This document shows, piece by piece, positions 59,239 through 64,000 of a stretch of 64,000 nt of DNA. The notes under the pieces were generated by a model that worked only from the letters and a program-made list of their open reading frames with translations, had not been told where the DNA came from and did not search any database. Source of the DNA: an uncultured Candidatus Saccharibacteria bacterium (lineage in GTDB: Bacteria; Patescibacteriota; Saccharimonadia; Saccharimonadales; CAYZZS01); contig CAZUIL010000001.1 in NCBI GenBank assembly GCA_964620175.1, forward strand, positions 12,584 through 76,583. The letters run 5' to 3'. Numbering within the stretch: position 1 is the stretch's first letter; each line of letters starts with the position of its first letter. A program made the translations under genes and the position numbers.

Positions 59239-59439
59239 CTACTTCCTACAAAGTCGAGCGAATTCACGCTCCCTTCGCTGCAACCGGTTTTGCCAATCCG
59301 GCACCAATTCCGGCCGTTCGACAGCCAGTTGTGACTGCAACAGTGTCCTGTACCTGCAAATCTGCTTTTCCAGGCCACGCAAGTTTTCCATACGTCGCAT
59401 TACCTTTACATCAGGGTTCCAAGACGCGTCGGCAACCAT
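59239..59439 (-). CDS. Hypothetical 66-aa Arg/Gln-rich protein
   Basis: SD GGAGAGG before the ATG at 59439 (the TTG alternative at 59457 gives 72 aa). The RBS lies inside one arm of a 12-bp inverted repeat. Confidence 0.4.
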   Translation of the reverse strand: MVADASWNPDVKVMRRMENLRGLEKQICRYRTLLQSQLAVERPELVPDWQNRLQRREREFARLCRK

Positions 59440-59547
59440 TGGTCTCTTCCTCTCCAATTGCTAATGTGCTGTCCCCCCATTGGGACCTGGGAAACTGAGT
59501 TCCCATGGCTAGACTCGCAATAAGTCCAGGCACGGAAGCGCAGCTGT

Positions 59548-59592
59548 TAAAAAAACCGGCTCTTTTGGTTGGAGCCGGTTATTGATTTTCGT
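59548..59592. terminator. Bidirectional intrinsic terminator
   Basis: A7 run, then 9-bp stem AACCGGCTC/GAGCCGGTT with a 9-nt loop, then a T-rich tail. Functional on both strands. Confidence 0.6.
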
Positions 59593-59916
59593 TCTGCTTT
59601 TTAGCGTATAACTACTCCAACCACTTATTTCGCCATAATGAGCACGAGACCATACTTGCGGCATGGCATGTGCTGTGCGAATAGTGTTTGAAGTTTTGTT
59701 ATCACGAATATCAACTTAACGCGCACGGCGCCTATTGTCAAGCATGTTCCTGCAGTGTGTTGACAAATTTCAGCGGTAGGCACAGTATTAGAGCTATGGC
59801 ACGCCGCAATACAGGCATGACTATTACAGCGCACCGATTTGTGCGGTGTTGATAGTAGTTGCCAAAACAGACGCTAAAAACCCCGCAAGGGGTGATTTTA
59901 TTTAAAGGGAGAGATT

Positions 59917-60147
59917 ATGGAAAACCAGCCACCGCTCGACAAGTCAAATGAAATAGTAACTGTTGATGGCCCGACCGCAGCTGAGTTACTGGGGTCTCGG
60001 GCGCTTCGTCAGCTGCAAGCCCACGAAGCAGGACAAACAAGCGAAATGGTTGAATACGGCAACGGCCGCCGGCTCAAAGTAGGCAATACAATCTTTATTC
60101 CATTTCGAAGCAACAAGGAACCTAATGCTGACCAGAGTGAGTATTGA
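59917..60147 (+). CDS. Hypothetical 76-aa protein
   Basis: SD AGGGAGAG. A CCCC-GCAA-GGGG hairpin lies immediately upstream. Confidence 0.45.
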   Translation: MENQPPLDKSNEIVTVDGPTAAELLGSRALRQLQAHEAGQTSEMVEYGNGRRLKVGNTIFIPFRSNKEPNADQSEY

Positions 60148-60270
60148 CACTAGGGCCCAAATAATTTAGAATGTAGCAGATTACCAAAGACAGTAGCGTT
60201 TGCCTACGAGCGAATTAAGAAGGCTACCGAGGTTCAACAAGCAAGTACGTATAGTCGTAGAGTTGTAAAC

Positions 60271-60297
60271 GTCTTTGGTAGCCCAAAGGCTTTTTTT
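60271..60297 (+). terminator. L10 (rplJ) leader attenuator hairpin
   Basis: GTCTTTGG-tagc-CCAAAGGC followed by T7, 50 nt upstream of rplJ. Confidence 0.55.
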
Positions 60298-60346
60298 ATG
60301 GCTCGTTAACAAACAAGGTCGATCAGTAAACTAACAGAGGTTTCAA

Positions 60347-60877
60347 ATGGCTTTATCGAAAGACAAGAAGCATGAAATAGTTCGTGAGGTAGCGGACCTG
60401 CTGTCTGCCTCAAAACTAACGGTAGTAGCAAAATATCAGGGTACAACGGTGGGAGCAATGCAAACCCTGCGCCGTGAGGCCCGACAGAACGGGACAAATG
60501 TCAAAGTAGTGAAAAACCGCTTGCTTAAGAAGGCAGTGGAGCAAGTCGACACATTAAGCGAGGTGGACACCAGTATGCTAGACGGCATGTTGATGTACGC
60601 GTTTAACAGTGATGACGAAGTTGCGCCAGCACAGGCGCTCGCTACTTTTGCCAAGACCAATCCAAATATTGAATTTGTCGGTGCGATCACATCAGAAGGC
60701 AAATTCATTGGTCCAGAGGATGTCAAAGCACTAGCTGACTTGCCGAGCAAAGAACAATTGCGCGGCATGTTGGTAGGCACCATCGCGGCACCGCTAAGCG
60801 GTTTCGTCAATGTGCTGGGTGGTAATGTGCGTAGCGTATTAAATGTACTAAATGCACGTGCAGAAGCAATTAAATAG
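60347..60877 (+). CDS. rplJ: 50S ribosomal protein L10
   Basis: L10 homolog. Confidence 0.93.
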   Translation: MALSKDKKHEIVREVADLLSASKLTVVAKYQGTTVGAMQTLRREARQNGTNVKVVKNRLLKKAVEQVDTLSEVDTSMLDGMLMYAFNSDDEVAPAQALATFAKTNPNIEFVGAITSEGKFIGPEDVKALADLPSKEQLRGMLVGTIAAPLSGFVNVLGGNVRSVLNVLNARAEAIK

Positions 60878-60887
60878 GGAGAATAGT

Positions 60888-61298
60888 ATGTCTGAAGAAG
60901 CAAGTAAAGTAGAAGTTCCAAAAGAGTTTGAAAAGCTCGTAGCTGAGCTTGATAAAATGTCAGCGCTAGAGATCAGTAAGTTCGTCAAGTTCCTTGAAGA
61001 GTACTGGGGCGTGAGCGCTGCCGCGCCAGCAATGGCAGTCGCTATGCCAGCCGGTGGAAGTGAAGCTGCGCCAGCTGAAGAGGAGAAAAGCGAGTACGAC
61101 GTTATCCTTAAGGATGCCGGGGCTCAGAAGGTTGCAGTTATCAAGGCCGTAAAGGATATAACCGGCCTTGGCCTTGGTGAAGCAAAGGCAATCGTTGACG
61201 GCGCTCCAAAGCCAGTGCTTGAAAAGGCCAAGAAGGAAGATGCTGAAAATGCCAAGAAATCGCTCGAAGAGGCTGGAGCGACGGTAGAGCTGGCGTAG
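60888..61298 (+). CDS. rplL: 50S ribosomal protein L7/L12
   Basis: [10 protein letters not shown]...Ala-rich hinge...C-terminal domain [23 protein letters not shown]. Start internal to the track ORF, with SD GGGAGA. Confidence 0.93.
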   Translation: MSEEASKVEVPKEFEKLVAELDKMSALEISKFVKFLEEYWGVSAAAPAMAVAMPAGGSEAAPAEEEKSEYDVILKDAGAQKVAVIKAVKDITGLGLGEAKAIVDGAPKPVLEKAKKEDAENAKKSLEEAGATVELA

Positions 61299-61338
61299 GC
61301 ATACATCTACCAGCTCCCCTGGTAACAGGATACTTTTA

Positions 61339-61365
61339 TACCCGCCGAATCCGGCGGGTATTTTT
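61339..61365 (+). terminator. Rho-independent terminator after rplL
   Basis: TACCCGCCG-aatc-CGGCGGGTA followed by TTTTT. Confidence 0.65.
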
Positions 61366-61470
61366 ATCCACAGTTTTTTATTGTTGCTTTGACTTGACTT
61401 TTGAAACATGATAGTTTTAGGCGTAAGTGTACTTAAACAAACACTTTACTGTTAAGAGAGACATGAGGAC

Positions 61471-61980
61471 ATGGCAGACGTACCGGAAAAGCAAATCAAA
61501 CGGCTGAGGACGCTTATTCAGGAAGCTGAGACGAGCTTAGCGGCAGCTAAGGAACTGCTGGTAAGTCTGGTCGGTGATGACGAAGTTGTCACAACAGGTG
61601 CCAAAGAAGAGTCACTTGGCAAGGTAATCGAAGGTGTGTTTGATGGGCAAAACATGGTCGGGTCGGACAGTAAGACCTATCCGGTTCCAGCCAATTATGC
61701 ATCAAAGTCGAAATTGGTACAGGGAGACATACTGAAGCTTACCATCGCTGAAGACGGTTCCTTTTTATACAAACAAATTGGCCCTATTCCTAGAAAGCAA
61801 GTCGTCGGCACGCTTAAGCTGGAAAACGGCCACTACTACGTTGATGTCAATGGCAAGCTCTACCGCGTACTACTCGCAAGCGTCACTTATTTCAAGGCCA
61901 AGCCGGGTGATCAGGTAAGCGTCAACATTCCTGAAGACGACGCCAATGCTGAGTGGGCAGCATTGGAAGCGGCACTCTAG
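61471..61980 (+). CDS. Hypothetical protein
   Basis: 169 aa with its own RBS. No family recognised. Confidence 0.5.
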   Translation: MADVPEKQIKRLRTLIQEAETSLAAAKELLVSLVGDDEVVTTGAKEESLGKVIEGVFDGQNMVGSDSKTYPVPANYASKSKLVQGDILKLTIAEDGSFLYKQIGPIPRKQVVGTLKLENGHYYVDVNGKLYRVLLASVTYFKAKPGDQVSVNIPEDDANAEWAALEAAL

Positions 61981-62034
61981 CATAGGCAATTCAACAACAA
62001 CCATAACCATTTCAGTCAGCTATAATGGTGTGGA

Positions 62035-63510
62035 ATGGGACAAGTCTTTTATAGAAAGTACCGGTCGAGGAGTTTGGCTGAAATTGTCGGCCAGGAGCAC
62101 ATTACACAAGTGCTCAGCAATGCCCTGAAGCAAGGGAAGATCAGCCATGCTTACCTTTTTACGGGCCCGCGTGGAGTAGGAAAAACCAGCATCGCGCGTA
62201 TTTTGGCGCATGAAGTCAACAGGCTGCCGTACGATGATGAAAATCCGCACCTTGATATCATTGAAATTGATGCCGCCAGTAACCGGCGCATTGACGAGGT
62301 GAGAGACATACGCGATAAAGTCCATACCGCACCCGCAAGCGCCAAGTATAAGGTCTATATTATTGACGAGGTGCATATGCTGACAAAGGAGGCATTCAAT
62401 GCCCTCCTCAAAACGCTTGAAGAGCCACCACCCCATGCCATATTCATTCTGGCGACTACTGAAGCCCATAAGCTACCTGAGACTATCGTCAGCCGTACCC
62501 AGCGTTTCTCATTCAAGCCGGTCAAGCCGGCGGCAATCGTGAAGCATCTGGCTACCATTGCTAAACAAGAGAAAATTGATATTAGCAGCGAAGCGCTGGA
62601 GCTTATAGCCGAGCATGGGGAGGGAAGCTTCAGGGACAGCATTAGCCTGCTCGACCAAATCCACAGCAGCGGTGCGAAAGTTGACCGTGGCGCCGTAGAA
62701 CAAATGCTGGGCATAGCCCCCGCAAGCGCAATCGAACGCCTTGTCCAGGCCATAGCCACCGGAAGCTTTACGCAGCTAACAGAGGAGCTGACCGCCATAC
62801 GTGAACGCGGCTACCATGCGGCCAGTGTCAGCCGTCAGCTTATCCGCTCGTTGCGAGAAAAACTGCTTGGCAACAAGCTGGAGGCGATCCCGGCAGGGAC
62901 CGTGATTACGCTCATGCAAAAGCTGCTCGAAGTGCCCGCTGCCTCCGATCCTGACGGATTACTGGAGCTTCTCTTGTTCGAAACACAACTTAAACTGCAG
63001 CCACCGCCAAAGGGCAAAGCTGCGCTACGCGTTGAGCCACAGGCAACGCTTGCTAGACCGGTGAAGCGTAGCATGGCCAAGGGCACGAAGCAGCTTGACA
63101 GCAGCACTGCGAAGCCAAAGCCAGCAGCGAATCCCAAACTACCGAACGACATGCCATCCGATTCGTTCCAGGCGGTGTGGGACGAGGCATTGGCAACCAT
63201 TAAGCGGCGACACAACACACTCTACAGCATTATAAAGACAGCCCGTCCGGAGATAAACGGTGATGTGGTAACGTTACGGTTCGGTTACAGCTTCTACCAA
63301 AAGCAGCTCAAGGAGGAAAAGAACCGGCAAACAGTAACCAGCATATTATCCACTATAGGCGGCCGGCAACTCACTATCGAATGCGTCGTCGATAAGGCGA
63401 CCGCTAGTGCTTTGCCCAAAGCAGATACCCAGGCCCCCGACATCGCGGCAACTGACAGTCTCACAGCCATAAGCAATATCTTTGGCAGTGCGGAATTGTT
63501 AGAATCATAG
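62035..63510 (+). CDS. dnaX: DNA polymerase III subunits gamma/tau
   Basis: GPRGVGKTSIARILA Walker A, DEVHML, sensor SRTQRF, 491 aa. Confidence 0.9.
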   Translation: MGQVFYRKYRSRSLAEIVGQEHITQVLSNALKQGKISHAYLFTGPRGVGKTSIARILAHEVNRLPYDDENPHLDIIEIDAASNRRIDEVRDIRDKVHTAPASAKYKVYIIDEVHMLTKEAFNALLKTLEEPPPHAIFILATTEAHKLPETIVSRTQRFSFKPVKPAAIVKHLATIAKQEKIDISSEALELIAEHGEGSFRDSISLLDQIHSSGAKVDRGAVEQMLGIAPASAIERLVQAIATGSFTQLTEELTAIRERGYHAASVSRQLIRSLREKLLGNKLEAIPAGTVITLMQKLLEVPAASDPDGLLELLLFETQLKLQPPPKGKAALRVEPQATLARPVKRSMAKGTKQLDSSTAKPKPAANPKLPNDMPSDSFQAVWDEALATIKRRHNTLYSIIKTARPEINGDVVTLRFGYSFYQKQLKEEKNRQTVTSILSTIGGRQLTIECVVDKATASALPKADTQAPDIAATDSLTAISNIFGSAELLES

Positions 63511-63515
63511 TACGT

Positions 63516-64000
63516 ATGGAACCTGAGGGCGCCAAATTACCGCCGCAGAACATCGACGCCGAAGCCAGCCTTCTCGGCGCGATACTGATTGACAGCGACG
63601 CCGTTGTCAAAGTGGCTGACATGTTGCAGGCGGATGACTTCTATGACGAGCGGCACAGGCGGATTTATGAAGCGGTGATCCAGCTTTACGAAAAGCACCA
63701 GCCAATTGATGTGCTGACACTGTCTGACCAGCTTAAGTCGACCGGTTTTCTTGACATGGTCGGCGGTGCTGCGTATTTAGCCGAACTAACCAATTATGTT
63801 CCCACGGCCGCTCATGCCGAACAGTACGCCGAGATTGTCGCCCAAAAGGGGATACGCAGGCGTCTTATCAAGGCTTCGCAGGAGATAGTCGGCATTGGCT
63901 TTGACGAGTCAAAATCAATCCAGGAGTTGATTGAGGAAGCGGAGTCCAGGTTGTTCGAGGTGAGCCAACGGCATATCAAACAAGATATCGTCAGCCTCGA
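63516..64000 (+). CDS. dnaB: Replicative DNA helicase DnaB (N-terminal part; continues beyond the window)
   Basis: Manual translation gives MEPEGAKLPPQNIDAEASLLGAILIDSDAVVKVADML...YDERHRRIYEAV, the DnaB N-terminal domain. The frame is open to the window end. Confidence 0.8.
   Translation, partial: MEPEGAKLPPQNIDAEASLLGAILIDSDAVVKVADMLQADDFYDERHRRIYEAVIQLYEKHQPIDVLTLSDQLKSTGFLDMVGGAAYLAELTNYVPTAAHAEQYAEIVAQKGIRRRLIKASQEIVGIGFDESKSIQELIEEAESRLFEVSQRHIKQDIVSL

Noticed and set aside
59000-59592. Considered RNase P RNA, SRP RNA or tmRNA in the structured non-coding stretch
   Set aside because: No RNase P CR-I/CR-V sequences (GGAAAGUCCGGGCUCC, ACAGAACCCGGCUUA) in the correct order. No tRNA-like GGUUCGA...CCA 3' domain or tag ORF for tmRNA. 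AAGTCCAGGCACGGAAGCGCAGC only loosely resembles the SRP domain-IV consensus and lacks the flanking helix. Left as an unexplained locus.
1-64000. Searched for CRISPR arrays, rRNA genes, and transposase/integrase ORFs
   Set aside because: No regularly spaced direct repeats with unique spacers, no 16S/23S/5S signatures, and no ORF with transposase or integrase motifs were seen. The only mobility trace is the tRNA-Tyr att-like duplication.

Overview
This 64-kb window (about 55-57% GC, almost all genes on the + strand) is a conserved translation/transcription gene supercluster. Gene order: a class A PBP (- strand, running off the window start), tyrS, a SAM methyltransferase, recG, rsmD, tRNA-Leu, hisS, tig, clpP, rpoB, rpoC, rpsL, rpsG, fusA, tuf, then the S10/spc/alpha ribosomal-protein cluster (rpsJ through rpsI, with secY, infA, rpmJ, rpoA), then trpS, an RluA-family pseudouridine synthase, holB, a tRNA cluster (Tyr, Thr, Thr, Trp), rpmG, secE, nusG, rplK, rplA, rplJ, rplL, dnaX and the start of dnaB. 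Several traits suggest a CPR/Patescibacteria-like organism: no L30 gene between rpsE and rplO, no adk/map between secY and infA, extended L1, L17 and SecY, and frequent TTG/GTG or leaderless starts. The accessory content sits as insertions inside otherwise conserved operons. (1) A lower-GC three-gene island between rpsJ and rplC encodes a two-HKD phospholipase-D/cardiolipin-synthase-like protein and two small membrane proteins. (2) A lower-GC acidic ORF lies between rpsG and fusA. (3) A 6.4-kb insertion between rplA and rplJ carries a deoxypyrimidine/thymidylate gene set (P-loop kinase, dCTP-deaminase-like, HD hydrolase, Tmk fused to a tandem ThyX), followed by an oppositely oriented ~1.2-kb low-coding locus with two small minus-strand ORFs, 12-bp inverted repeats and a bidirectional terminator. 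(4) Paralogous glycine-zipper two-TM mini-proteins sit after a tRNA-Thr and between nusG and rplK. Regulatory candidates include a leader-peptide terminator/antiterminator attenuator upstream of trpS, RBS-sequestering and repeat structures in the S10 leader, an L10 leader attenuator, operator-like palindromes at the secY and rplC promoters, and a recurring AATCTGTTAnACAATA promoter-like motif. A 21-bp direct repeat of the tRNA-Tyr 3' end looks like an integration-site scar. No CRISPR array, rRNA gene or transposase was found.
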